From Mobula hypostoma (Eukaryota), in the NCBI RefSeq assembly GCF_963921235.1, contig NC_086108.1, forward strand, positions 87,112,001 through 87,176,000: a DNA stretch of 64,000 nucleotides, written 5' to 3'. A model generated the notes under the pieces. The model saw nothing but the letters and a program-made list of their open reading frames with translations. It made no database searches and was not told where the DNA came from. Below, piece after piece: positions 1-11,892 of this stretch (position 1 is its first letter; every line of letters starts with the position of its first letter). The translations under genes were made by a program, and so were the position numbers.

Positions 1-310
1 ACTACCACCAAGATGGAAGCAATTTTAGGTGCAGGGAAGATGGTCCTCTCCCCATCTCATTCTATCCTGACTTGTCCTTCGCCAGTCCTTCTGTTGCTGT
101 GTCTAAGCTCCCTCCCCAGTAGCATTATGATCACTTTCAGGAGAAGGACTGCGGTGGTTCAGGAAGGCAGCACATTATCAAGGACAATTAGAGATTAGCA
201 ATAAATAATACATTTACCCGTGATGACCAGAACCTGAAAGTAAATCCAGCATTTTGTGTGTATTGAATAGTCTTTAGAGATTTTTCTTTTGTTTGAATTT
301 GTTATATATA

Positions 311-1780
311 CAGTGGATTCCAGTTGATTGGGACACATCAGTGGGACTCCGTTAATTGGGATTCCAGTTAATTGGGACAGTGGTGGAGGTGGATATGATA
401 GGGTCTTTTAAGAGACTCCTGGATAGGTACATGGAGCGGCTATGGGTAACCAAAGGTAATATCTAAAGTGAGTACATGTTCAGCACAGCATTGTGGGCCG
501 AAGGGTCTGTATTGTGCTGTAAGTTTTCTATGTTTCTATCAGGAACCAATAGATTTGACCAAATGAATTATCCAAAGTTTCATGGAAATACTTAAAAGGG
601 TATAAAAAAGACAAACTACCATTTAACTGAGTAACAAATTATGTATTCAACTTAAATGCAGAACAAATTAGAACACTGCCAATATTCTACAGTACTATAA
701 AACTGTATATCTGTTCATAATGGTTACCAATGGAGGAACTCATTGAATGTGCATTGGTATAGTACTCAATTGGTAAACTATCCATTCTTAAAGCATTAAG
801 GTTTAATGCTTTTCCCAATAACCAACAGTTTTGTCTTATCAGTTCCTGACATGGTTGAACAACACAACACAGTTATGTAATCCATTGCTGTCTTTGAACG
901 TAATAGTGTTGCGTGTTTGTAGCAAAGGGAACCGTCTGGTGTGACATGATAGAAAGGTCTGTTTCATGCGCATTGCAGATATCATCTGCACAAAATTTTT
1001 GAAGCAAGTCGGGGAGTTTTGTAGATTTCTATATATTTATAGCACCAGCACCACCTTTCTCGCTGTGTGCTTTCTTGAATTGAATTCCATTAACCGAACC
1101 AACCATCTGTTGCTTTAAAATCTTCCTGACCCAGCTATTTAGCTAGCTCCTCTGACTTGCTTTTTAACATTGATCCACCATCACGCACACCTCATCCAGT
1201 TACAATGGAAAACTGAGGTCCTCATCAACAGCTGGACCCTTGCCCTCACACTTTTGTTTTTGGAATAATCATTGTTGTTTCTCACATAATGTCCATTCTT
1301 CTCGCAGTTTATCTTGCTGATGTATCAAGCGTACATTTGTAGATTTTGGTACTCCAGTTACCTCTGCTAGCGGACAATGAGAGGTGTTAGGCAGATGGCT
1401 TTTAATTTGGTCCAGTAAGGTAATTTTTTGGGGGAATGTTGAATCTTTTCATGGCAAAGGCCTCAAAAAAATTTTAAAGTCAAAATAAAACAAAAATAAT
1501 ACAGTATTATCAAAAATCATTGCATTTTGAATTGTCTGTCAGCCCAAATGGATGACATGTCACAAGCAAAAGCAACTGTTCACTCTAAGCACAGTGTAGT
1601 GTTTAACGGTCACAGAAGTGCACGTGACTGACCATGACCTGCCCCAATTAAGCAGCATATTGTCCCAAATAAACAAAGCAAATACCAGCTATTTTCTTGA
1701 TTTGCTTTTCTCCTTTGAGAGTTCTCCCAAATAAGCAGTCGCCCAAATTAACTGATGACCCAATTAACTAAAATCTACTG
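311..1780 (-). mobile_element. Tigger/pogo-type (Tc1/mariner superfamily) DNA transposon, decayed transposase
   Basis: Imperfect TIRs (CAGTGGATTCCAGTTGATTGGG at 311; CAGTAGATTTTAGTTAATTGGG as reverse complement of the 1780 end). TA on both flanks (309-310, 1781-1782). Minus-strand remnants read LAEVTGVPKST (HTH), LGQEDFKATDGWF (CENP-B-type HTH) and LPIEYYTNAHSM (DDE region), with stops and frameshifts. Confidence 0.85.
378..539 (+). mobile_element. CR1 LINE 3' end inserted inside the Tigger element
   Basis: Closely similar to the CR1 3' end at about 18965-19146; ends in a TTTCTATG-type repeat tail. Confidence 0.8.
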
Positions 1781-2735
1781 TATATTGTTTAAAGATTAAG
1801 TGATCATGTCATACAACATGGTATGTACCCATCTCTACTAACTCCATTTTTCAGCAATGGCCCATAGATTTCCATACCCTGACAATTCATGTGCACATTT
1901 ACATACTTGTCGGAATGTATGGGAGTACCCGACTTCATTTACACCTCAGGCAGTGTGTTGACAACTTCTGTATAAAAGTATTATTCCTCAAATCCCCTCT
2001 AAATATCTTTCCCCTTATCATAAATATCTACCTTCTAGTCATAGATCCCTCTACCATGGGGAAATCATTACTTTCTATTCTTGTCTATGGCCTACATAAT
2101 TTTTGTGTGCTTTATTTCTGTTTTCAGCAATCTCTTTCCGCTGGTGTAGATACCAGAATAGTACACAGTCAGTTCAGATTCAGATTTATTTATTCAATGT
2201 ACTCAAAAAAAAAAACGTGTTGTTTGTGTTAACAACCAGCACACCAAAGAATGTGTTTGGGGGCAGCCTGCAAGCGACGACACACATCCCTGCGCCAACA
2301 TAGCATGCCCACAATGTTTCACAGAACAACAGCAGAAACAAGCCTCTTTCTCATCCCTCCCACCCATCTGCCCACTCTCACACATAGTCAAGCCTCCATC
2401 CCTAGGATAGGCTGCCTCCAGGCCTTCAGTCCTTGTCCCCACATTCTCAGACTTGCAGACATCAGGCCTCCAACTTCAGACTTCACCATTGGACACCAAT
2501 CATGGATTTGACCTTCAGTTCTCAGCTTCCAGAACCTACCTGGACCTCTGACCCCAGTGTCCTAGACCCGGTACTCCAGCTTCACTGCATATTCCGTATC
2601 TTGACCAATGAATGCAAGTATCCTGTGAGCTTCGCAACTATCTTTCATTCTTGTAATTGTGCCTTCAAAGATCGTTGGACATGTACTCCTGAATCCCTCT
2701 CTTTCTCAGTCCTTCTTGAGATCTTACCGTTAACT

Positions 2736-2991
2736 TGGCGGCATGGTTAGCACAACGCTTTACAGAGCAGGAATTCCAGGTTCCATTCCTGTAAGGAGTT
2801 TGTACATTCTCCCCATGACCTCTGGGTGCTCCGGTTTCTTCCCCAATCCAAAGACATACCAGTTGGTAGGCTAATTGGTCATTGTAAATTGTCCCGTGAT
2901 TAGGCTAGGATTAAAACATAGAACTGCTGGGTGGTACGGCTTGAAGGGCTGGAAGGGCCTATTCTGTACTGTATCTCAATAAATAAATAAA
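2736..2991 (+). mobile_element. V-SINE (HE1-like) tRNA-derived SINE
   Basis: tRNA-like head, V-domain-like GGAGTTTGTACATTCTCCCC...GGGTGCTCCGGTTTC...CCAAAGAC, and (AATA)n tail. Confidence 0.75.
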
Positions 2992-3254
2992 CCCTTTCCC
3001 CCATCAACTATTAAGCAAGTACACTTGAATGCCCTGGTTGCTATACTTACTAAATAATGCAAAAGATGTAATTAAGCCGAAAAGAGTGCAGAGAAAATTT
3101 ATGAGGATATTGCCGGGACTCGAGGGATTGAATCATAGACAGAGGCTGAGTAAGTTGGGACTGTTTTCATTAGAACATAGGAGAATGCGGGTGATCTTAT
3201 AGAGCAACAAACATAAAAATTGCCAGTGAATGCAGCAGGCCAGGCAGCATCTAT

Positions 3255-3290
3255 AGTCGACATTTCGGGCAGAGACCCTTTGTCAGGACT
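3255..3290 (-). ncRNA. Minimal hammerhead ribozyme motif, degenerate
   Basis: Reverse complement AGTC-CTGACAA-A-GGG-TCTCTG-CCC-GAAA-T-GTC-GACT; core G8 is mutated to A. Confidence 0.55.
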
Positions 3291-3965
3291 AACTGAAAGA
3301 TGCGATCGTAAGAGATTTGAAAGTGGGAGGGGGAGGGGGGAAAACCAGAGGATGGGCAAGGAGTATAGTGAGAGGGACAGAGGGAGAAAAGGGAGAGAGA
3401 GTAAAAAATTGAATAATAAATAAATAACGGATGGGGTACGAAGGGGAGTTGGGGCATTAACAGAAGTTAGAGAAGTCAATGTTCATGCCATCAGGTTGGA
3501 GGCTACTCGGTGCTCCCGATGCGGCCGTCTATATATTGACGAGACCCGACGCAGACTGGGAGACCGCTTTGCTGAACACCTACGCTTTGTCCACCAGAGA
3601 AAGCAGGATCTCCCTGTTGCCACACATTTTAATTCCACTGATGGCATGAACATTGACTCCTCTAACTTCTATTAATGCCCCACCTCCCCTTCGTACCCCA
3701 TCTTTTATTTATTTATTCATTTTTATTAATTTTTTTCTCTCTCTCCTTTTTCTCCCTCTGTCCCTCTCACTATACTCCTTGCCCATCCTCTGGGTTCCCC
3801 CCTCCCCCTTTTCTTTCTCCCTGGGCCTCCTGTCCCATGATCCTCTTTTGCCAATCACCTGTCCAGCCCTTGGCTCCATTCCTCCCCCTCCTGTCTTCTC
3901 CTATCATTTCGGATCTCCCCCTCCTCCTCCCACTTTCAACACTCTTACTATCTCTTCTTTCAGTT

Positions 3966-4001
3966 AGTCCTGACGAAGGGTCTCGGCCCGAAACGTCGAC
4001 T
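3966..4001 (+). ncRNA. Minimal hammerhead ribozyme motif with intact core (Penelope pseudo-LTR)
   Basis: AGTC-CTGACGA-A-GGG-TCTCGG-CCC-GAAA-C-GTC-GACT: stem I AGTC/GACT, CUGANGA core, stem II GGG/CCC, GAAA, loopless palindromic ACGU stem III, GUC cleavage triplet. Confidence 0.75.
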
Positions 4002-4320
4002 GTACCTCTTCCTAGAGATGCTGCCTGGCCTGCTGCGTTCACCAGCAACTTTTATGTGTGTTGCTTGAAATTCCAGCAACTGCAGATTTCCGCATGTTTG
4101 TGATCTTATAGAGGTTTATAAAATCATGAGGGTTGATCTAGAGGTGTAAAAATCATGAATAACATAGGTAGGGTCAATGAAAGTAATCTCTTTTCCCAGG
4201 ATTGGGGAACTAAACCTTAAAAGGCATAGGTTTCAGGTGAGAAGGGAGAAATTTAATTGGAAGCCGAGGATCAATTTTTCCATCCAGAGGGTGGTGAGTA
4301 TACAGAATGAACTGCCAGAA

Positions 4321-5630
4321 GTTCAAGTTGAATTTCAAGTTTATTGTCATCTGACTGTACATTTATACAACAAAACGAAACAACATTCTTCCAGACCAGA
4401 GTACACCCGCAAAACATATATCACACACAGCATGTAAACCAGAACATTACCATAAATAAGTTAATAAAATATAATTAAAAGTGCATGTAGTGCACAGCAC
4501 AGGTAAACAGTGCAGTAAACTGCTCGCTGTCCTAGTGACGAGACCTCGGTGGTGGCAAGGAATCCATTAGTCTCACAGCCTGAGGGAGGGAGCTGCTACC
4601 CAGTCTGCCAGTCCTAGTCCTGATGCTTCTGTACCTCCTTCCTGGTTGTGGGATGGGTGATAGGGATACTGGCCAATTTTCCCTGTAAATGTCACAGATA
4701 GGGGTAGGGAGACCTCAGTGAGCCTCTTGGTGGTTTTTACTGTCCTCTGTAGCGTCTTGTGGTCCAATGCCTTGCAGCTTCTGAACCACGTAATGATGCA
4801 GCCAGACAGGGCACTCGTATTGCTTTTGTAGAAAGTTGTTAGAGTGGACAGGGGAACCTTCCACGCCTCAGTCTCCTGTGGAAGTCTGGACGCTGCTGTA
4901 CCTTCTTGTCTGGTGAAGAAGTGTTGTGGGCCCATTTTAGATCATTTATTATGTGTAGAACAGGGAACTTTGTGTTCTTCACCGCAGCCAAGCCATTGCT
5001 TTGCAATGGAAAATGGTCAGCCTCTGCCTTCCTGAAGTCCGCAATCGTCCCTTTTGTCTTGTCTACACTGAGACTCCAACTGTTGATCTTGCACCACTTG
5101 ACAAGCCGCTCTACCTCCTCTCCGTATGCCAACTCACCGTTGTTGCTGATGAGGCCAACAACTGTTGTATGACCAGCAAACTTGATGCTACGGTTTGAAG
5201 TGGATCTGGCAGTGCAGTCATGAGTCAGCAGAGGGCTGAGCACACAGCCCTGAGGTGTACCAGTGCTCAGAGTGACGGAGCTTAAGATGATGCTGCCAAC
5301 TTTGCTGACTGGGGTCTTTCCACCAAGAGGTCCAAGATCCACCTAAGAGACTGTTGTTGAGTCCCCACAAGGATAGTTCGCCTACCAGACTCTGAGGGAT
5401 GATCTTGATAAATGCCGAGTTAAAGTCGATGAACAACATCCTGGCGTACGAGAGAGGATGGAGAGGAGGCTGAGGCCATGGCGTTATTAGTGGACTGGTT
5501 TGAGCGGTAAGTGAACTAGAAAGAGTCCAATGTAGTTGGAAGGTGGGATTTTATGCAATTTATTACCTGCTGATCAAAGCACTTCATGATCGTTGAAGTC
5601 GGTGCCGCTGGCCAATAATCGTTTGGGCAC
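4321..5630 (-). mobile_element. Rex1/Babar-clade LINE fragment (RT region to 3' tail), frameshifted
   Basis: Minus-strand ORFs [16 protein letters not shown] and [15 protein letters not shown]...IKFAGHTTVVGLIS; TTGAAC-type tail near 4321. Confidence 0.85.
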
Positions 5631-6472
5631 AAAGAAGAGGTTGAGGCAGCTTACGTTAACAACACTTAAAAGGCACTTGGATAGGTAAAGAGACAGAAAA
5701 GGTTTAGAGGGATATAGGCCAAATGCCAGCAGATGGGATTAGCTTAGATGGGAATGTTGGTTGGCATGGGTCAGCTGGGCCGAAGGATCCATTCCCACAC
5801 TGTATGACTCTATGACTCGGAAGCAGCAGGTGGGAGACCCCCCCTACCCCCACTACTGCTTCAATAACGTTCTAGGTTTTCAGCAGATGGTGGCCAGTGC
5901 AGTGCCTGTTTAGGTCTCACTGCCTTTGGGGCTTAGCTAGATAGAAGAGAGCTGAGAGAAGACAAATTACTGGGCAGTCTGGGTTAACTCAGGAAACTCA
6001 GCTGAAACTTCCTGACATGCTGAGTTCCTCCAGCATTTTGTGTGTGTTGCTCAAGATTTTCAGGATCTGCAGGATCTTTTTAGCCTGCTGGTTGTGATGG
6101 AGCTTTGTCCTAATTTTGCATTGTGACAATTTTGAGTTTTCAAGCCTCCAGTATCACACACGTTCCCTCTTGCCATTTCTTAGAGCTAGCCTATTCATAC
6201 AAGCTTTCTGCAAAAAAAGGCCATGGGCCTAACAACTCACTGGAGTGCAGCAGTAGTTCATTGTGATAGGTTAGATGAACATAAGCCATGTCCTTAATTT
6301 TGGGTGGGTACATGAGGAAAGCAAGCACACAATTACTCTGTCACTGAAAGGACTTCAAGTAAGTTAAGGACAAGGGTAGAACCAATGGTACAAACTAAAC
6401 AAAATACTGCTCAGCAAATTATATATTCCATGGGAACAAGAACAATTTATAAGGCCAGCTAATGCAGCTAAA

Positions 6473-6489
6473 TTGCCCTCTGCTGGACA
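6473..6489 (-). promoter_or_regulatory. Candidate CTCF binding site
   Basis: Reverse complement TGTCCAGCAGAGGGCAA fits the CTCF core CCASYAGRKGGCR and lies in apparently non-repeat DNA. Motif match only. Confidence 0.4.
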
Positions 6490-7255
6490 GAGGCATTCAT
6501 TACAGTTTATGGTTCTTATCATGCCTCTAGGCAGATGGCCATCTTCAAAGCTTCACTGCTTCACCATTCAGAAAGGATAATTTCCCATTTGTGGATTGAA
6601 TGCTTTGTTTTGTGACGTATCACTCTAAGCAACCCACTTGAAACTGTTATGTTAGTGAAGTGAGGTGGGAGGAGGACTCAAGGAAGATTGCAATAGATCT
6701 TCTAACCATTTAGTCTGCTTCTGTACTGTAAATTCAATGCAATTCCAAAGAAAAATTAGTTCAGGATTAACACATAATGAAGTATGAATGCCATTTCTGA
6801 CTTTGGCATCCCCATTATCATCCAAGGATGAGAAAGAATGTAACCTTATTACTTATTAATATGACAGCAGCAACAGACTGTTTTTTACAATAGTCTTAAA
6901 CTAAGGAAGTATTCCAAAATGCTTCTGGTAGTAATGGAAATAGTGGCCAAAGCATTAGAACATTAAAATAGTCTTTGAGAAACCCTGGATGCACCAGATC
7001 ACCCTTTGCAATTTCCAATAGCTCCAACAAGATCCCCCTTTCAAAGAAACCAGCCCCTTTTCAATTCCCTGGTCTTCCCCTCCATTCCACCGGCCACTTC
7101 CCATCTATATGGCACTTCTTTACCATGTGACCACAAGGGATGCAGGACCCGTTCTTTCACCTCTTCCTGTTCTTTTTTTCACCTCTTCTCGTGACTAACA
7201 TTGGGCAGGAGTTTCAGGAGCCTTAGGACCCACAACTCCAGGTTCAAGAATAGTT

Positions 7256-7776
7256 TTTTTTTCCAAAAATACTTTATTCAGAAATATTACAAGAATAAAA
7301 ATAATTACATACAAGAAAAGAAAACCATTCGTTGACTGTGAGTCCTTATTCAATACAGTTATTAACAATAAAAATTTTGCATTGACTCTCTGTTCATTTA
7401 CAATGAAAGATGTTTACAGTAAATCATGCGTTTACTCTCAACCCTTGGTCAAGAGTTAAGACTTATTAACAATCAAATTTTCAATAATAAAGGCAGGCAA
7501 TGGCTCTAATACTTTCCCAAATTAACAATTCCACCCACTCCTTGGGCACCATGTTGATTATCTGTCCACACCGCTGATGAGGGTAGGTCTCCTCCCCACC
7601 CAACCTCTCCCTCTCCTACAGCTGATGAACGTTAAACTGCGGTCCTTCCCTACTGGGCCTTCGCGGTGGCCGCACCAAGTTTGAGTGCATCCCTCAGCAC
7701 GTACTCCTGCAGACGAGAGTGTGCCAGTCGGCAACATTCAGTCACGGACATCTCCATGTGCTGACAGACCACCAAG
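7256..7776 (-). mobile_element. 5'-truncated L1/Tx1-clade LINE 3' end with poly(A) and TSD
   Basis: TSD TTCAAGAATAGTT at 7243-7255 and 7781-7793 (17 bp with one mismatch). T-run and TTTATT at the left end. Minus strand encodes ECCRLAHSRLQEYVLRDALKLGAATAKAQ*. Confidence 0.75.
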
Positions 7777-8363
7777 CAGATTCAAGAATAGTTATTACTT
7801 TACAACAGTCAGGCTCCTGAATAAGCATAGAATTCTCTCACCTCAACGTTGAAAATACTCCACATCCTAGAGACTCACTTTTAAAGGGTCTACAACTTAT
7901 GTTCTCAGTATTATTTATTTACTTTTTTACTTACTACTTGAGGATTTGTTCTCATTGGATGTTCGTCAGCCATTGCAGTTTATAATTGTTCATAAATTCC
8001 ATTGTATTTCTTCATTTTTTTTAGAATTTATTTAAATCTTACATCAATCTCACAATGTGAGGGAGTAAAAATCTTTATGTTATGATTCCATTGCAATGTA
8101 CAGACATGTGAACTTTTAAGTCTAATGGCTTGTAAGAAGAGGCTGTTGGTCCTGGCTTTGCAGTCGATCATACCTGATGTGACTTTCAGCTTCTCATAAG
8201 TGAAGTGGAGAAAGAAGTAGAGAGATGAGAAGAAAATTACAATACCGATTTGGTGTACACAACCATAAATGCCTGCAAGAAAATGAATCTCAGGGTATCA
8301 TATAGTGTCACTCACAACACGCTGGAGGAACTCAGCGGGTCGGGCAGCATCCGTGGAAATGAT

Positions 8364-8401
8364 CAGTCGACATTTCGGGCCGGAACCCTTCGTCAGGACT
8401 G
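8364..8401 (-). ncRNA. Minimal hammerhead ribozyme motif
   Basis: Reverse complement CAGTC-CTGACGA-A-GGG-TTCCGG-CCC-GAAA-T-GTC-GACTG; 5-bp stem I and intact core. Confidence 0.7.
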
Positions 8402-8919
8402 AAGAGGGAAGGGGCAGAGGCCCTGTAAAGAAGGTGGGGGGGAGAGTGGAAAGGAGAAGGCTGGTAGGTGCCAGGTGAAAAACCAGTGAGGGGAAAGATA
8501 AAGGGGTGGGGGAGGGGAGGCAGGGAGGTGATGGGCAGGAAAGGTGAAGAAGGAATAGGGGAAAACTCAATGGGTAGTAGAAGGAGGCAGAACCATGAGG
8601 GAGGTGATAGGCAGGTGGGGGAGGGGGCTGAGTGATATAGGGATAGGGGAAGGGAGGGGAGAGAATTACCGGAAGTTGGAAAATTCTATGTTCATACCGA
8701 GGGGCTGGAGACTACCTAGACGGTATGAGGTGTTGCTCCTCCAACCTGAGTTGTGTTTTGCCCTATTCCTTCATCACCTTACCTGCCTATCACCTCCCTG
8801 CTTTCCCTCCCCCACCCCGTTATCTTTCCCCTTACTGGTTTTTCACCTGGAACCTACCAGCCTTCTCCTTCCCACCCTCCCCCCACCTTCTTTACAGGGC
8901 CTCTGCCCCTTCCCTCTAC

Positions 8920-8955
8920 AGTCCTGATGAAGGGCTCCGGCCTGAAACGTCGACT
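8920..8955 (+). ncRNA. Minimal hammerhead ribozyme motif
   Basis: AGTC-CTGATGA-A-GGG-CTCCGG-CCT-GAAA-C-GTC-GACT; intact core with a G-U pair closing stem II. Confidence 0.7.
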
Positions 8956-10479
8956 CATCGTTTCCACGGATGCTGCCCGACCTGCTGAGTTCCTCCAGCG
9001 TGTTGTGAGTGTTGCTTTGACCCCAGCACCTGCAGATTATTTTGTGTTTATCATATAGCGTCATATACTGCATGTACTTTGATAATAAAGTTACTTCAAA
9101 CTTTGAACTTTTCCTATTGTTCAAGGACACAGGTGGTCTTTCCAGGTGAAGAATTGATTCACTTATATTTTGTCCAATCTAGTTTATTGCATTCCATGTT
9201 CATTAATGACCTGCCCTACATCATATATCATGTGTGATGGCTTTGCGGAGTGGTTATGTTAAAACGATGGGAGTGATCTGAGCTTTCAGTTGCTAGCCAA
9301 TTTAATTGTTCATCCTACTCCCACTCCTACGGTGGCTTCCTGCACTGTTCCAGTGAGGAAGATGAGGTCTTGGACCTCAACTCACGTTTAAGGAAGCTAA
9401 CAAAACATAATCTTGTAACAATTATTAAGGTACCTCCTGTAGCAGAAAATAACATTCTGTTGGGCTAAACAGGGATATGAGCAGAACGTTTACAAGCAGT
9501 TTTTTCCTTGTCTTATCATGTCAGGAAACAGTCTGACCTGACTCAAAGACGTATAGTAGACTTTCTAAATGGTTGAAAATGCTTTAAAAATGTGGTCAGG
9601 ATCAGTTAGATTTAAATAACAATTTTTAACTGTGCATCAAACATCCATTGGGACAAAGGGCTGCCACACACATCAAAAGCATATTTGAACAAATCCCACA
9701 CTTGTATTGAACGGCTTGACCCTTTACTTCAATATTTGTTGCTAACATCTAACACAAGTTAAACAGCATTTTGATTTTCTCAGATGGAACTCATTTTAAC
9801 TTCTTATTTACCTGGGTAAAATCAATATGCTTTGGATTTACTAACAAATTGCAAAATCAGTAAATTAAAACTCTGGATACAGTGTCTAAAGTAGAAATAG
9901 AGACTAATATAAGGACAGCAAGAATCCACACACAACAATTTGATTGTCACTTGTAAAATTACACAAAATATTAATTCATGTTGAAGTATTTGAACGGACA
10001 GTTAATTAAATGATAACATGTCAAAACAAACTCAAAACACTTATCACAGAAGCCAATAGCATCTAAAATTATTAGCTAAAAATTCTACATTTTTTGTCAC
10101 AGTGGCATATCCAAATATCCTTCACTGTATCATATCAAATAAGAGTTTTTAATAGTAAATAGCTTTGGGAAGAGAATGATTCTTTTGAAGATATATGACA
10201 TGCTTCTTCCAAAACAAAATTCAGGTTCCACTTCAGGTTTATTTATCACATGTGCATCAAAGCATATCATGAAATGCATTATTTTCCCTAAGAGGCAACA
10301 CAACTAGGGATGTCCTCTAGGCACCTCACAAATGTCGCCATATATTCTGGGCAACTTGCAGCTCCTTAGCAAATAGGGGAGTCCATTCTGGCTCCACAGA
10401 AAGTGTTACACAATATTCAGGCATGGGCTGAAAATAGGCAAATAGCATTTGTGTCAGATAAAAATGTCACTGGAATGTG

Positions 10480-10916
10480 ATGTTCTCATGAGGGGATGTC
10501 TATTGGTGGGGCCTCAGGTGGCTGTAGAGGCTAATCTGAGATCCACATATCTGTCATGTTAGGGTGGATTCCTTTAAGAGAGAATGCCTGTGCCTGACCT
10601 TGTTTAATGTGGAGAGGCTGATGCATGGGGTAGCCTCCACACGGTCCCTGACAGATCGGGGTCAGGGTCTAGTGATATGGAATGCAAGATGAATGAGGAC
10701 CCTTCACTGTTGCAGCCTTCAACCACCTTCCCCGTCATTATGATGAGTCATGATCTTCCACCAGCTCCAATGTCAAAGCCTTGGTTGGATCGCTCTTTGT
10801 CTGGAACCTTGCCCTTGGCCAGGAGCTAAGTGTCAGATGGCTAAGTTCCATTGCTCCTGGGATGTCAGAAACTAACAAGCCTCTCTATAACAACAAGGCA
10901 ATGATCCTCAGGGAAG
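10480..10916 (-). mobile_element. Short RTE-clade-derived element (5' UTR-like), non-coding
   Basis: Minus strand begins GAGGATCATTGCCTTGTTGTTATAGAGAGGCTTG, resembling RTE/Bov-B 5' ends as I recall them (GGAGGATCACTGCCTTGTCGTGG...GGCTTG). No RT ORF. Confidence 0.55.
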
Positions 10917-11892
10917 TATATAAATATATCCAGAGGCAGGACATCCTGTGGAGAGTGACTTACCTCCTGCCACCCGGAAATCTTCCCATTGTCAACAAAG
11001 AACAAATCAGGAGAATAATGGGACTTTCTTCATACAGCAAGGTAAGCACTGATCCAATCATTCTTTCCAACATCCAGAACAATGCAGGCATCTTGAATGG
11101 CTCCACATTCCCCAATTTAAACATCATTCTCTCCATCACCAGCACAATTAAGGCTGTAGTGTTAATATCTACAAAGTACACAGCAGATAACCACCGAGAT
11201 GACACCCACAGCATCTCCTAACCCCATGGTGTCTTCCAGTAAAGGACGTAAAAGGAGCAGGGGCTTGGGTGCACATTCACCTGCAGACTCCTCTTCAAGC
11301 TGAGTCTCACCCTGACATGGAAATGCATCCCTCCTCCTTCACCGGAAACCCCCTGTCCAAAACCCCCTGTCCAGCAGCACTTTTGTCAAAAGGACAGTTC
11401 ACAGCCGTCTCCTCAATGACATTTTCAGGATAAACCATGAAGGCTGGGCTTTCCAGCCATGGTAACATCCTGAAAAATTTATAAATAAATTAAAGTTGGT
11501 GAACAATGTGAAACCTGTCAACTGAATCAGAGAAAACTAATGTGCACACATAACGAGAGAAAAAGAATCATATAACTTGGCACAGCTTACTACTTTTTCT
11601 GAAATGCAGACTAACTTCTTACATTGGAAAAAGGTTGAAGAGAAAAAAAAATCAATAATTGAGCTAACAAGTAGTCAAATAAAAGATATTAAAAACAAAA
11701 TTTGGTCTAGTTCATGTCACTCATATTAAATTGCACATAAAATTTCATACAGTCAGTGCATTATCAAAGTCCAGTTTTGTTATCATCGAGACACCATTTT
11801 CTGATTTATTTTACTTTTTGTCCTATTCATTCCAAACCTCATTAATTTCTTGCTCTGTATGCCAGACTCTCATTTTGCTTTCATGATTCTCA

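Larger units (their letters stand above)
3205..4099. mobile_element. Penelope-like element derivative with inverted pseudo-LTR arms and 14-bp TSD
   Basis: TSD GTGATCTTATAGAG at 3191-3204 and 4100-4113. About 3205-3493 is the reverse complement, with deletions, of about 3640-4062. The centre encodes a GIY-YIG-type fragment RCSRCGRLYIDETRRRLGDRFAEHLR. Confidence 0.85.
3080..5818 (+). mobile_element. CR1 LINE 3' fragment interrupted by a Penelope-derived insertion and a Rex1 LINE
   Basis: CR1 C-terminal and 3' UTR sequence (AGAGTGCAGAGAAAATTTATGAGGATATTGCC...GTGATCTTATAGAGGTTTATAAAATCATG...CTATGACTC tail) continues across both insertions. Confidence 0.75.
8311..9049. mobile_element. Penelope-derived fold-back element with about 14-bp TSD
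   Basis: TSD ATCATATAG(T/C)GTCA at 8297-8310 and 9050-9063. Arms at about 8311-8570 and 8753-9011 are reverse complements. The spacer holds the GIY-YIG C-terminal end on the minus strand. Inserted in a Rex1 3' tail. Confidence 0.85.
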
